In this document: positions 30,222 through 39,458 of the stretch, piece by piece
Layout: every line of letters starts with the position of its first letter
Position numbering within the stretch: the stretch's first letter is position 1
Assembly (NCBI GenBank): GCA_943914475.1
Contig: CALUCE010000005.1
Coordinates: forward strand, 41,450-105,449
Direction of reading: 5' to 3'
DNA: 64,000 nucleotides
Origin: an uncultured Anaerococcus sp.
Lineage (GTDB): Bacteria > Bacillota > Clostridia > Tissierellales > Peptoniphilaceae
Made by a program: the position numbers and the translations under genes
The notes under the pieces: model-generated
The model's input: the letters and a program-made list of their open reading frames with translations, nothing else
Databases searched by the model: none
Told to the model about the DNA's origin: nothing

Positions 30222-31805
30222 ATGAAGAAAAATTTGAAGAGACTTTTAAGTCTAGTCCTGGTATTTGTCCTTTTGATCCCAGCAAATATAGGTCTAGCAA
30301 GCGATGATACCGACTCGGATGTCTTAAGAGTTGGTATGGAGGTTAATTATGCACCCTTTAACTACTCCCAAGTTAATGATGCCAATGGAGCAGTTCCTGT
30401 AGTTAACTCCAACAACGAATATGCCAATGGTTATGATGTCCAAATAGCCAAACTTATAGCAGACAAGCTAGGAAAAAAATTAGAAATTTATAAAATCGAG
30501 TGGGATGGACTTCCACCAGCCTTAACCAGTGGAAAAATTGATGCCATAATAGCTGGTATGAGTCCTACAGAAGAAAGAAAAAAAGAAATTGACTTTACCA
30601 AAAACTACTACACTTCTGACTTGGTTGTAGTTTTGAAGAAAGATTCCAAATATAAGGATGCCAAGAGTATAGCAGACTTTAAGGGGGCAAAGATAACAGG
30701 CCAACTTAATACCTTCCACTATACAGTTATAGACCAAATAGATGGGGTCCAAAAGATGACCGCCATGGAGTCCTTCCCTTCTATGATTTCTGCCACCAAG
30801 GCAGGTAATATTGACGGCTATGTTTCAGAAAAACCTGGGGCCATGGCAGCTGTTACAAGTAACAAAGACCTAGCTTATGTAGAATTCGACAAGGACAAGG
30901 GCTTTGAAACTTCATCAGAAGATACATCCATAGCAGTAGGAGTTAGAAAAAACTCAGAACTTACAGAGCCAATCAACGATATTTTATCTGACCTTTCCCA
31001 AGAAGACCAAGATAAAATTATGAAACAAGTAATAACCAGCGAAAACCAAGAAGACATGGGCTTTTTTGATCAAATGAAAGCCATCTGGTCAGAATATTCT
31101 AGCCTGTTTTTATCAGGTATAAGAAACACCATGCTAATAGCAATATTCTCAACCATAGTCGGCTTTATTATAGGACTTTTGGTAGCTGTTATTAGAAAGA
31201 TTGAGGTTAACAAAGACAAAAATATTATAGGCTATTTATTACAAAGACTAGTTAACCTCATCCTTACAGTATATGTAGAAATCTTTAGAGGAACCCCAAT
31301 GATGGTTCAATCCATGCTGATCTTCTATGGTGCAAAACAATACCTGGGTATAGATATGTCAACCATGACCGCAGCACTCTTTATAGTATCTATAAACACA
31401 GGTGCCTACCTATCAGAAGTAGTAAGAGGTGGTATCAACTCAGTTGATAAGGGACAGTTTGAAGCTTGTAAGGCCTTAGGTATGACCCACTCCCAAACTA
31501 TGTTTAATGTAGTCCTACCACAAACCATCAAGGCCATCCTACCTTCTATAGCCAACGAGTTTGTAATAAACATCAAGGATACTTCTGTACTTAACGTAAT
31601 ATCAGTAACAGAACTATTCTTCGTATCAAAGTCCATAGCAGGTTCAACTTACCAAATCTTCCAAACATATTTGATAACCGCTATAATCTACTTTGTACTA
31701 ACATTTGTAGTAACAAGGATCATTTCCTTATTCGAAAGAAAGTTTGATTCCAAGGAATTTATCCTAGAATCATCAACAGGAGGTCGCCATGCAAGAAATA
31801 ATTAA
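30222..31805 (+). CDS. Polar amino-acid ABC transporter, fused substrate-binding domain plus permease (GlnP-like)
   Basis: A signal peptide is followed by a family-3 SBP domain. The C-terminal TMD carries an EAA-like loop ([17 protein letters not shown]). The RBS is GGAGGA. Confidence 0.85.
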   Translation: MKKNLKRLLSLVLVFVLLIPANIGLASDDTDSDVLRVGMEVNYAPFNYSQVNDANGAVPVVNSNNEYANGYDVQIAKLIADKLGKKLEIYKIEWDGLPPALTSGKIDAIIAGMSPTEERKKEIDFTKNYYTSDLVVVLKKDSKYKDAKSIADFKGAKITGQLNTFHYTVIDQIDGVQKMTAMESFPSMISATKAGNIDGYVSEKPGAMAAVTSNKDLAYVEFDKDKGFETSSEDTSIAVGVRKNSELTEPINDILSDLSQEDQDKIMKQVITSENQEDMGFFDQMKAIWSEYSSLFLSGIRNTMLIAIFSTIVGFIIGLLVAVIRKIEVNKDKNIIGYLLQRLVNLILTVYVEIFRGTPMMVQSMLIFYGAKQYLGIDMSTMTAALFIVSINTGAYLSEVVRGGINSVDKGQFEACKALGMTHSQTMFNVVLPQTIKAILPSIANEFVINIKDTSVLNVISVTELFFVSKSIAGSTYQIFQTYLITAIIYFVLTFVVTRIISLFERKFDSKEFILESSTGGRHARNN

Positions 31806-32526
31806 AGTTGAAAACTTAGAAAAGAAGTTTGGAGACAACTTAGTTTTAAAAAATATAGACTTTTCAGTTACACCTGGAGAAGTAGTAACCATAATAGGTT
31901 CTTCAGGTTCAGGTAAATCAACCCTACTCAGGTGTTTAAATCTTTTGGAAAAGCCTACTAGTGGGAAAATCCTCTACAAGGGAGATAACATTTTGGATAA
32001 GTCTTTTGACGAGAGAAGATACAGATCCAAGGTGGGCATGGTTTTCCAAAACTTTAACCTATTTGAAAACAAAACCGTCCTAGAAAACTGCACCCTAGGC
32101 CAAGAACTTGTCCTAGGAGTCGACAAAAAAGAAGCTGAAAAAACTGCCAGGGAATTTTTAAACCTAGTAGGCATGGAAGAATATGTAAATGCCAAACCAG
32201 CCCAAATCTCTGGTGGTCAAAAACAAAGGGTGGCCATAGCCCGTGCTCTTTGCATGAAGCCTGAAGCCCTACTCTTTGATGAGCCAACCTCAGCCCTTGA
32301 CCCAGAAACAGTAGGAGAAGTTTTAGATGTAATGGCAAAACTTGCCCAAAGAGGCATGACCATGATAGTGGTAACCCACGAGATGGACTTTGCCAGAGAA
32401 GTTTCAACCAGGGTTCTTTTTATGAACCAAGGGGTAATCCTAGAAGAAGGAAGCCCAGAAAAAATCTTCGAGCATCCTGAACACAATAGGACAAGAGAGT
32501 TCTTAAAAAGATTTATGGAAAACTAA
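31789..32526 (+). CDS. Polar amino-acid ABC transporter ATP-binding protein (GlnQ-like)
   Basis: Walker A is GSSGSGKST, the signature is [15 protein letters not shown], and Walker B is [11 protein letters not shown]. It overlaps the permease by 17 bp. Confidence 0.9.
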   Translation: MQEIIKVENLEKKFGDNLVLKNIDFSVTPGEVVTIIGSSGSGKSTLLRCLNLLEKPTSGKILYKGDNILDKSFDERRYRSKVGMVFQNFNLFENKTVLENCTLGQELVLGVDKKEAEKTAREFLNLVGMEEYVNAKPAQISGGQKQRVAIARALCMKPEALLFDEPTSALDPETVGEVLDVMAKLAQRGMTMIVVTHEMDFAREVSTRVLFMNQGVILEEGSPEKIFEHPEHNRTREFLKRFMEN

Positions 32527-32540
32527 TAAAATAAAGTATA

Positions 32541-32582
32541 GACTAGCCTTTAGGAAAATCTTCCTCAGGGCTAGTTTTTTTA
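32541..32582 (+). terminator. Rho-independent terminator
   Basis: ACTAGCC...GGCTAGT followed by T7. Confidence 0.7.
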
Positions 32583-32713
32583 TCCTTTTTACAGATTAAA
32601 ATACGAAACGAATCTTTTCTGTCAATGTTCTTTGTCATTTGTTAAGTGCCTGTCTTTTTCAAGTATAAATAAACCAAAGCGACACTCGATGAAAATACAA
32701 GGAGTTATCTATA

Positions 32714-34414
32714 ATGAAAGATCCAAGAGATAAAAATAAGATAGAAAATCCACTTGATTCAAGAAACGCCAGTGTTCACAGCAAAGAGCTTAGAAGAGCT
32801 GGTGGACAAAGGGTTGCAAACAACGAAGATTCCCTTACAGCAGGAAAAAGAGGCCATATTTCTGTCCAAAATCTTTGGCTATTCGAAAAACATGCCCACT
32901 TTAATAGAGAAGTTATCCCAGAAAGAAGGATGCATGCCAAGGGCTGGGGAGCTTGGGGAGAATTTACTGTAACCAATGATATTAGTAAATACACCAGGGC
33001 CAAAATTTTCCAAGAAGTTGGCAAGAAGACTAAGATCTTCTCCCGTATGTCAACTGTTGCCGGAGAACGTGGTGCAGCAGATGCAGAAAGAGATATCCGT
33101 GGCTTTGCCCTTAGGTTTTATACAGAAGATGGAAATTGGGATATAGTAGGAAACAATACCCCAGTATTCTTCTTTAGAGATCCTATGAAATTTATAGACC
33201 TAAACCACGCTATAAAAAGAGATCCTCACACTCACCTAAGAAGCCCAAATTCAAACTGGGACTTTTGGACTTCCCTACCAGAATCACTCTCGCAAGTAAC
33301 CATAACCATGTCTGACAGGGGTATACCATCATCCTTTAGGTATATGCACGGATTTGGTTCCCATACCTATTCCATGATAAACAAAGATGGAGTCCGCCAT
33401 TGGGTAAAATACCACTTTAGAAGTCAACAAGGTATACAAAACTGGACCGACCAAGAAGCAGAATATATAGTTTCAAAAGACAGAGAATCATCCGGTCGTG
33501 ACCTTTATTCAGCCATAGAAACAGGAGACTATCCAAAATGGAAGATGTATAGCCAAGTTATGACCGAAGAAGAAGCAGAAAAAACTTCCTTCAACCCATT
33601 TGACTTAACCAAGATGTGGCCAAAAAAAGACTTTCCACTTATAGAAGTTGGAGAATATGAACTAAACAAGGTTCCAGACAACTTCTTCCAAGATGTGGAA
33701 CAAGCAGCCTTCTCCCCTGCCAATATAGTAGACGGTGTAGGCCTATCCCCTGACAGAATGCTCCAACTAAGACCCTTTGCCTATGGAGATGCCCAAAGAT
33801 ATAGGCTGGGTGTAAACCACCACCAAATCCCTGTAAACAAGCCTTTGGGAGTTGAAAATCCTCATGACTTCCATAGGGATGGACAAATGAGAGTTGACGG
33901 TAACAAGGGAGATGAAATCCACTATGGACCAAACTCCTATGGAGCCTGGCAAGATGATACATCTTTGGAAGCTGTGGTAGATAAGGGCGGAGATGTAAAA
34001 AGATATGACTTTAGAAAAGACGACCACGATTACTTCTCCCAAGTAGGCGATCTTTTCAGAAACATGACCGAGGACCAACAATTGGTTCTTTGTGAAAACA
34101 CTGCAAGAAATATGGAAGATTCAACCATGCAAATCAAACACCGCCACATAGCCAATACCTACCAAGCAGACCCAGAGTACGGAAAAGGTGTTGCCAAGGC
34201 CCTAGGCATAGATATAGATACAGTAGATCTCGAAAGAAATTACGATTCTAGAGAAGAATGGGAAAAATCCTTAGCCAAGGACAAAGACTTAGACTACCCA
34301 ACAGAAAAAGCCATGCCAGAAAGTGCCAAGGACCTTCCAGAAGAAGGAAGAGACACAAACGTAGACGATCCAAAAACTTTGTCAGATCCTTATGATGATC
34401 CTTATCTTCTATAG
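32714..34414 (+). CDS. katA: Monofunctional heme catalase
   Basis: 566 aa containing [22 protein letters not shown] (distal His region) and [12 protein letters not shown]. The size matches a typical clade-3-like core with a C-terminal extension. Confidence 0.9.
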   Translation: MKDPRDKNKIENPLDSRNASVHSKELRRAGGQRVANNEDSLTAGKRGHISVQNLWLFEKHAHFNREVIPERRMHAKGWGAWGEFTVTNDISKYTRAKIFQEVGKKTKIFSRMSTVAGERGAADAERDIRGFALRFYTEDGNWDIVGNNTPVFFFRDPMKFIDLNHAIKRDPHTHLRSPNSNWDFWTSLPESLSQVTITMSDRGIPSSFRYMHGFGSHTYSMINKDGVRHWVKYHFRSQQGIQNWTDQEAEYIVSKDRESSGRDLYSAIETGDYPKWKMYSQVMTEEEAEKTSFNPFDLTKMWPKKDFPLIEVGEYELNKVPDNFFQDVEQAAFSPANIVDGVGLSPDRMLQLRPFAYGDAQRYRLGVNHHQIPVNKPLGVENPHDFHRDGQMRVDGNKGDEIHYGPNSYGAWQDDTSLEAVVDKGGDVKRYDFRKDDHDYFSQVGDLFRNMTEDQQLVLCENTARNMEDSTMQIKHRHIANTYQADPEYGKGVAKALGIDIDTVDLERNYDSREEWEKSLAKDKDLDYPTEKAMPESAKDLPEEGRDTNVDDPKTLSDPYDDPYLL

Positions 34415-34446
34415 GATGATAAATAAACTTAATAAATACTAGTAAA

Positions 34447-34471
34447 AAAAGCGGGCCTTCCCGCTTTTTTC
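34447..34471 (+). terminator. Rho-independent terminator
   Basis: GCGGGccttCCCGC followed by T7. Confidence 0.85.
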
Positions 34472-34664
34472 TTGTTTATTTTTCTAAAAAAGAATAAGAA
34501 AATCTTAACAAAGCCCGTGATATGATCTTCAGTCATGTCACAATTTCATTAAAAACGAGCATTCCACCATTCTTTTTACTAAACTTAGAAAAACAAACTT
34601 TACTTTGGATTTTTTCTGATCTTGTGCTAATATATTCCTATAAATTACAAAAGGAGCAATATAA

Positions 34665-35180
34665 ATGAAAAAGAATCAGTTGGTCGAAATTTACTCATCA
34701 TCCGAAGATTCCTTTACAGTAGGTTATATAATCTATGAGGATAAAAAAAGAATCCTCGTAAATTCAATCGATGACCAAGGAAGAAAAGACGGCTACCTTT
34801 TATTAAAAAAGAGCCTTATTGAAAAGATTGAAAGAGGGACAGACTACCTGGAAAAAATAGAAAAATATAGGAGCTTTTGGGGCAAGACCAAACTTGGAAC
34901 TAGCGATAACCCAGTTTTTACAGAAAAACCAGACTTCTATGACCTAATCAAATACGCCCACAAATACAAAAAAGTTATAACACTAGCCACATCCTTCGAC
35001 TACTACGACTACTCCACAGGCTACGTTGACTATTTTGATGAAGATATAGTCGCCATCAAAGCCCTAGACCAAAACACAGGAGAGCTTTACGAAGACTTTG
35101 AAATAGAAATAAAAGATATAATCCTTGCAGAAGTAGAAAATATAGATAACCTACTTTTGGAATATGTAAATAAAAGATAA
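34665..35180 (+). CDS. Hypothetical cytoplasmic protein with no recognisable domain
   Basis: 171 aa, Tyr/Asp/Glu-rich, with its own RBS (AAAGGAG) and terminator. Confidence 0.5.
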   Translation: MKKNQLVEIYSSSEDSFTVGYIIYEDKKRILVNSIDDQGRKDGYLLLKKSLIEKIERGTDYLEKIEKYRSFWGKTKLGTSDNPVFTEKPDFYDLIKYAHKYKKVITLATSFDYYDYSTGYVDYFDEDIVAIKALDQNTGELYEDFEIEIKDIILAEVENIDNLLLEYVNKR

Positions 35181-35191
35181 AATCACTTAAA

Positions 35192-35240
35192 AATAGCTCT
35201 AAGTACAAAGTAAGATACTTTTCTTAGAGCTATTTTTCTA
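35192..35240. terminator. Bidirectional terminator
   Basis: ATAGCTCTAAG...CTTAGAGCTAT followed by TTTTCT. Confidence 0.7.
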
Positions 35241-35251
35241 AACTTTAGTAC

Positions 35252-35602
35252 TTAAAAAGTTATAAGTCCAAAGCTTAATACCATAAGATACCATTGTAGG
35301 ATATCAACAAAGCTATTAGAAAATCCGACAAGCACCATAATATTTATAATATGAGGAATGGCACAAATCACTATGATAGAATTTACTATCCAATCTTTTT
35401 TCACAAAGATTAATCCTATTATTATAAGCCAAGCCCAAAGGCAAAAAGGTAGGGCCATAGTAACATATGTAAAAGTATCAGAGTAAAACAAGCCATTAAA
35501 ACCATCAAATCCACCAAGTATAAGCCCTATAACAAAGACTAAAACAGATACAAGAAAAACTGTACAATATATTTTTCTTATTTTTTTATCCTTTTTCTTC
35601 AT
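35252..35602 (-). CDS. Small membrane protein (3-4 TM), hypothetical
   Basis: 116 aa, hydrophobic. Confidence 0.4.
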   Translation of the reverse strand: MKKKDKKIRKIYCTVFLVSVLVFVIGLILGGFDGFNGLFYSDTFTYVTMALPFCLWAWLIIIGLIFVKKDWIVNSIIVICAIPHIINIMVLVGFSNSFVDILQWYLMVLSFGLITF

Positions 35603-35820
35603 CCATATAACCTCCCCTATTATTCTTACTTAAGAAGCACTCCCTAACTAAGCCCTTATAAAAGCAATCAAAAAGCCTATAGTTAGAACCATTTCCAAAA
35701 TCAAATAAAAGTTTTTTCTTTAAGATTCTCTCTCATCAAATATACTACAAAACACAGATTCGGTAAATCATATTGTTAATTATTGTTTACCAACACTATT
35801 TGACAAAGAACCATTTTAAA

Positions 35821-35862
35821 ATGAGCTGTTTTAGAAAAATCTTCTAAAACAGCTCATTTATT
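35821..35862 (-). terminator. Terminator of the OYE-family gene
   Basis: ATGAGCTGTTTTAGAAaaatcTTCTAAAACAGCTCAT, a 16-bp stem. Confidence 0.7.
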
Positions 35863-35876
35863 TTACCAAACTATTT

Positions 35877-37835
35877 TTAGTAAGCCCAAGCAGCAAAGCG
35901 TGCGTCTCTTAGGGCTTCTAGGAGTGTAGCTATTTTTACGGAGTCGCCGTAGGTTCTTACTACTTTTCCTAGACCTTTGAATTCTTCGGTGCAGTCTTTT
36001 TGTGGTCTGCTTCCTAAAGCTAGGACTACTGTATCAAATTCCATTTCTTTTTCTACTGGATCTTTGCCTTCTTCTGTGACTTTTACTTTGATGCCTTTAT
36101 CGTTTACTCCTACTAGGGTGTGAAGTGGTAGAAGTTCTACTCCCTTATTTTCTAGTCTTTTTAGTACTACAACACGTACTCTTTGGATTTCGCTGGCACC
36201 TAGGGTTGAGGTCATTTCTATGACACTTACTTCTCTAGATGGATCCTTAGTTTTTAGGGTATCGGCTACTTCTAGTCCTGTAGCTCCTGATCCTATAACT
36301 GCAACTTTCTTGCCTGCATCTTTCATACCTTTTAGGTATTCTTCTGCCATTATTACCTTATCAGAGTCTATACCATCGATATTTGGTTTGATTGGTTTTC
36401 CTCCAACACATACAAAGACTGCTTCTGGGTTTAATTCTGCCACGTTTTCTCTTGTTGCCTTGGTGTTTAGTCTTAGGTCAACATTTTCGGCTTCCATTTC
36501 CTTGGTTTGGGTTTCTATAAACCACATTAGTTTTTCTTTGTCGTTACCTAGGGCTCCTGTGTAAAGGGCTCCTCCCAAGTGGTCTCTTTCTTCAAAGACG
36601 GTTACATCAAAGCCTCTCTTGGCCATGGTTATAGCTGTTTCTATACCAGCTGGTCCACCACCTACTACTACAACTTTTCTTCCGTCTCCGTCTTTCTTTA
36701 TTTTTTCTTGGCCAAAGTAAACTTCGTTTCCAAGCTCTGGATTTACTGAACATTCTACGTGACGTCCATTGGCTATAGAGTCTATACAACGGTTACAGCC
36801 TATACATTTTCTGATAAGGTCTTCTTTTCCTTCTTGAGCTTTTAGTCCCCAATGTGCATCGGCAAGTTGGCCCCTACCTACTGAAACAAAGTCACAAATT
36901 CCTTCATCAAGAAGCTCATCTGCTACTTGTGGTTCTTTGATTACGTTTATAGCTACAACTGGTATATTTACTGCTTCTTTTACAGCCTTAACCATGTCTT
37001 TTCTGCTAGCTTGTTTGCATGGATATGGAGGTATGATTTCATAGCCTGTTTCATAGATACCGCAGGATACGTGAACATAGGATACTCCCATTTGTTCCAT
37101 ATGTTGGGCTATCTTAACTCCTTCATCTAGGGTGATTCCCTTATCGCCTAAAAATTCTTCTACTGATAGACGAATACCTACAGGGAAGTTTGGTCCACAA
37201 ACTTTTTTGATACCCATAATTATTTCATCTATGTATCTCATTCTGTTTTCGAATGATCCGCCGTATTGGTCCTCTCTTCTATTTGAGAATGGTGATAACC
37301 ATTGGTTTAGGAAGTAACCGTGGGCTCCGTGTAATTCTACCCCATCCATGCCTGCTCTTTGTGCAAAGGCTGCTGCTCTTATGTAGTCTCCTTGGATTTT
37401 CTTTGCTTCTTCTATGGTAAGTTCGTGTGGTTCTTCCTTACACATGAAAGTAGTAAAGGATGATGGTGCAACGATTTCATTACCGTTTGGATTTAACATG
37501 GAAGAGCCTTCTCTACCTGGGTGGTGGAGTTGGAGGAAGATTTTACTTCCGTGGGCATGTACTCCGTCTGTAAGTCTTTGGAGTCCAGCTATATGACCAA
37601 ACTTGGTAGCTGCAAGTTGGCTTCCTGCTCCCCAACCGTGGTCTTCATCAACCCTGGTTATTTCTGTGATTATTAGTCCACATCCGCCCTTGGCTCTTTC
37701 TTCATAGTAACGTATTATCTTTTCTCCTGCCTCGCCAGAAATTTCAGCAAGACCAGTTCCCATAGGTGGCATTACTATTCTATTTTTTATAGTAAGGTCG
37801 CCTATCTTTCCTTCTTCAAAAAGCTTTTTATATTC
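35877..37835 (-). CDS. NADH:flavin oxidoreductase of the OYE-FAD/NAD(P) fusion type (2,4-dienoyl-CoA reductase / enoate reductase / NADH oxidase family) with a 4Fe-4S motif
   Basis: The N-terminus is an OYE TIM-barrel (IVMPPMGTGLAE...HHPGREG). A CIGCNRCID...C cluster motif is present. The C-terminus has two GxGxxG Rossmann motifs (VVVGGGPAGIE, VAVIGSGATGLE). The preferred start is MEYKK at 37835, preceded by GGAGGG. The track ORF starts at 37859. Confidence 0.85.
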   Translation of the reverse strand, partial: EYKKLFEEGKIGDLTIKNRIVMPPMGTGLAEISGEAGEKIIRYYEERAKGGCGLIITEITRVDEDHGWGAGSQLAATKFGHIAGLQRLTDGVHAHGSKIFLQLHHPGREGSSMLNPNGNEIVAPSSFTTFMCKEEPHELTIEEAKKIQGDYIRAAAFAQRAGMDGVELHGAHGYFLNQWLSPFSNRREDQYGGSFENRMRYIDEIIMGIKKVCGPNFPVGIRLSVEEFLGDKGITLDEGVKIAQHMEQMGVSYVHVSCGIYETGYEIIPPYPCKQASRKDMVKAVKEAVNIPVVAINVIKEPQVADELLDEGICDFVSVGRGQLADAHWGLKAQEGKEDLIRKCIGCNRCIDSIANGRHVECSVNPELGNEVYFGQEKIKKDGDGRKVVVVGGGPAGIETAITMAKRGFDVTVFEERDHLGGALYTGALGNDKEKLMWFIETQTKEMEAENVDLRLNTKATRENVAELNPEAVFVCVGGKPIKPNIDGIDSDKVIMAEEYLKGMKDAGKKVAVIGSGATGLEVADTLKTKDPSREVSVIEMTSTLGASEIQRVRVVVLKRLENKGVELLPLHTLVGVNDKGIKVKVTEEGKDPVEKEMEFDTVVLALGSRPQKDCTEEFKGLGKVVRTYGDSVKIATLLEALRDARFAAWAY

Positions 37836-38035
37836 CATAAGCCCTCCTATATTTTTCATGCTTTAAAGTAGCTTAAAATTATTTTTAATAATATTAGCAA
37901 CTTTAATAAAATTATATTTTAAGTCTTAAATTTGTCAATGATTCGGTCGAATATTTCATTTTAAAATATTTTAAATATTGACTATCGTAAAATAATTTAC
38001 TATATTTATTTTTAATTATCTTTAATATGTATTAA

Positions 38036-38066
38036 AAAGAGCCTATACAAAATCTGTATAAGCTCT
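38036..38066 (-). terminator. Terminator after the MarR gene
   Basis: On the minus strand the hairpin AGAGCtTATACAgattttgTATAgGCTCT is followed by TTTTT. Confidence 0.6.
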
Positions 38067-38071
38067 GTCTC

Positions 38072-38524
38072 TTACTTTATTCTTTCTGTTTCTTCATCCC
38101 ATTTTTCGGCGGATGCTACCATCTTATCGAGAATCTCCAAGAAGGTTTCTTGGTCTTTTTCGTCTACATTTTCTAGGCAAGTGTTTTTGAAGTCTTCTGC
38201 TATAGAGGTTAATTTTTCATTTACTTCCTTACCTGCCTGGGTAAGTCCTATGACCTTTCTTCTTTTATCTTCTTGGTCTTCTTTTCTTTCTATAAAATCC
38301 TGTTTTTCTAGCCTGTCCAAGATTCCTGTTATGGTTGGTTGGCTAGCTCCCATAAGTTCTGCCAGTTCTTTTTGGCTTAGGTATTCGTTCTTATTTATAT
38401 AGTACATGGCGAACCACTGAGATTTGGTTACATTATATATCATAAGCCTATTGTTTAAGCATTCTGCAAGTCTTTTTGCCGCTACGTTGGTCACAAAGGC
38501 TACACATTTCTCTAAATCAAACAA
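38072..38524 (-). CDS. MarR-family transcriptional regulator, candidate OhrR-like peroxide sensor
   Basis: 150 aa with a winged HTH (SQKELAELMGASQPTITGILDRLEKQDFIERKED). An N-terminal helix Cys (LEKCVAFV) sits where the OhrR sensing Cys would be. Confidence 0.7.
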   Translation of the reverse strand: MFDLEKCVAFVTNVAAKRLAECLNNRLMIYNVTKSQWFAMYYINKNEYLSQKELAELMGASQPTITGILDRLEKQDFIERKEDQEDKRRKVIGLTQAGKEVNEKLTSIAEDFKNTCLENVDEKDQETFLEILDKMVASAEKWDEETERIK

Positions 38525-38537
38525 GTATCATCCCACC

Positions 38538-39458
38538 TTATTTCATATATTTATTGATTTTTTCTTCAATATGAATTTGAGAGTATCTTTCTCCTTCAAG
38601 ACTTGATTTTAAGCCATCTAGGGCTTTAAGGTCAAGACTGTCTGAGTATACTTCTATAGCTTTAATTATATCATTTTCTATCCAAAATTTAAAATCAAGG
38701 GGTTTGTTCTTGTGGTAGTATCTTCTTTCTATATGGGCCTTTTCATTTTTTCCATAAATCCATTCATCTTCTGATATTTTTTTGTAGCTAGCTAGCTCTC
38801 CATCTTGATCTTGGTGGGTTTCTTCTTGGGATGAAGGATAAAAATCTTTAAAAGATTCTACCAAATTTTCCTTAAGGGCTTCTATATCCAAGTCCTTGTC
38901 CAGATCCTTAAGATTGCATACCCTAGACCTTACAGACTTAATACCCTTGCCTGTAAATTTGCTAATATCTGGTGTCAGACACTTTTCCAAAACGCTAAGA
39001 TCAAGGTCTACCATCAAGGTTCCATGGACCATAAATTTTTCCTCATCTTCTATAAAGGCCATACCGGAAAACTTCTTCCCATCAACGGTTAGGTCATTTC
39101 TCCCATCAAGTTTTCCTCTAATCTTGGATTTTTCCAAGGCCTTTAAGACTATAGCCATCCACTTGTCCATGTCCTTATTTTTTTGACTTGAAATAAAGGT
39201 AAAGTTTAGGTTACCCAAATCGTGGTAGACTGCTCCTCCTCCAGTAAATCTTCTTACAGGGAGGATATTTTCCTTGTTTATAAATTCTAGGTCAAGCTCT
39301 TGGTAGGCATTTTGGTTTCTTCCCATAACCACACAGGGTGAATTTTGCCAAAGTAGAAAGATTACTTCGTCTTTATCTAGGTTTGTGTAATAGGCATATT
39401 CACTGGCTACGTTTTTATATGGATTAGTAGATTTTAGGTCAATTATTCTGGCTTTCAT
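38538..39458 (-). CDS. lplA: Lipoate-protein ligase A
   Basis: 306 aa with the BPL/LPL catalytic domain (RRFTGGGAVYHDLGNLNFTFI) and the C-terminal LplA domain. Confidence 0.85.
   Translation of the reverse strand: MKARIIDLKSTNPYKNVASEYAYYTNLDKDEVIFLLWQNSPCVVMGRNQNAYQELDLEFINKENILPVRRFTGGGAVYHDLGNLNFTFISSQKNKDMDKWMAIVLKALEKSKIRGKLDGRNDLTVDGKKFSGMAFIEDEEKFMVHGTLMVDLDLSVLEKCLTPDISKFTGKGIKSVRSRVCNLKDLDKDLDIEALKENLVESFKDFYPSSQEETHQDQDGELASYKKISEDEWIYGKNEKAHIERRYYHKNKPLDFKFWIENDIIKAIEVYSDSLDLKALDGLKSSLEGERYSQIHIEEKINKYMK

Noticed and set aside
32054-32486. Minus-strand ORFs of 73-117 aa inside the ABC ATPase gene
   Set aside because: They are shadow ORFs. The plus strand has clear Walker A, signature and Walker B motifs.
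33529-34081. Minus-strand ORFs inside the catalase gene
   Set aside because: They are shadow ORFs with Cys/His-rich low-complexity translations.
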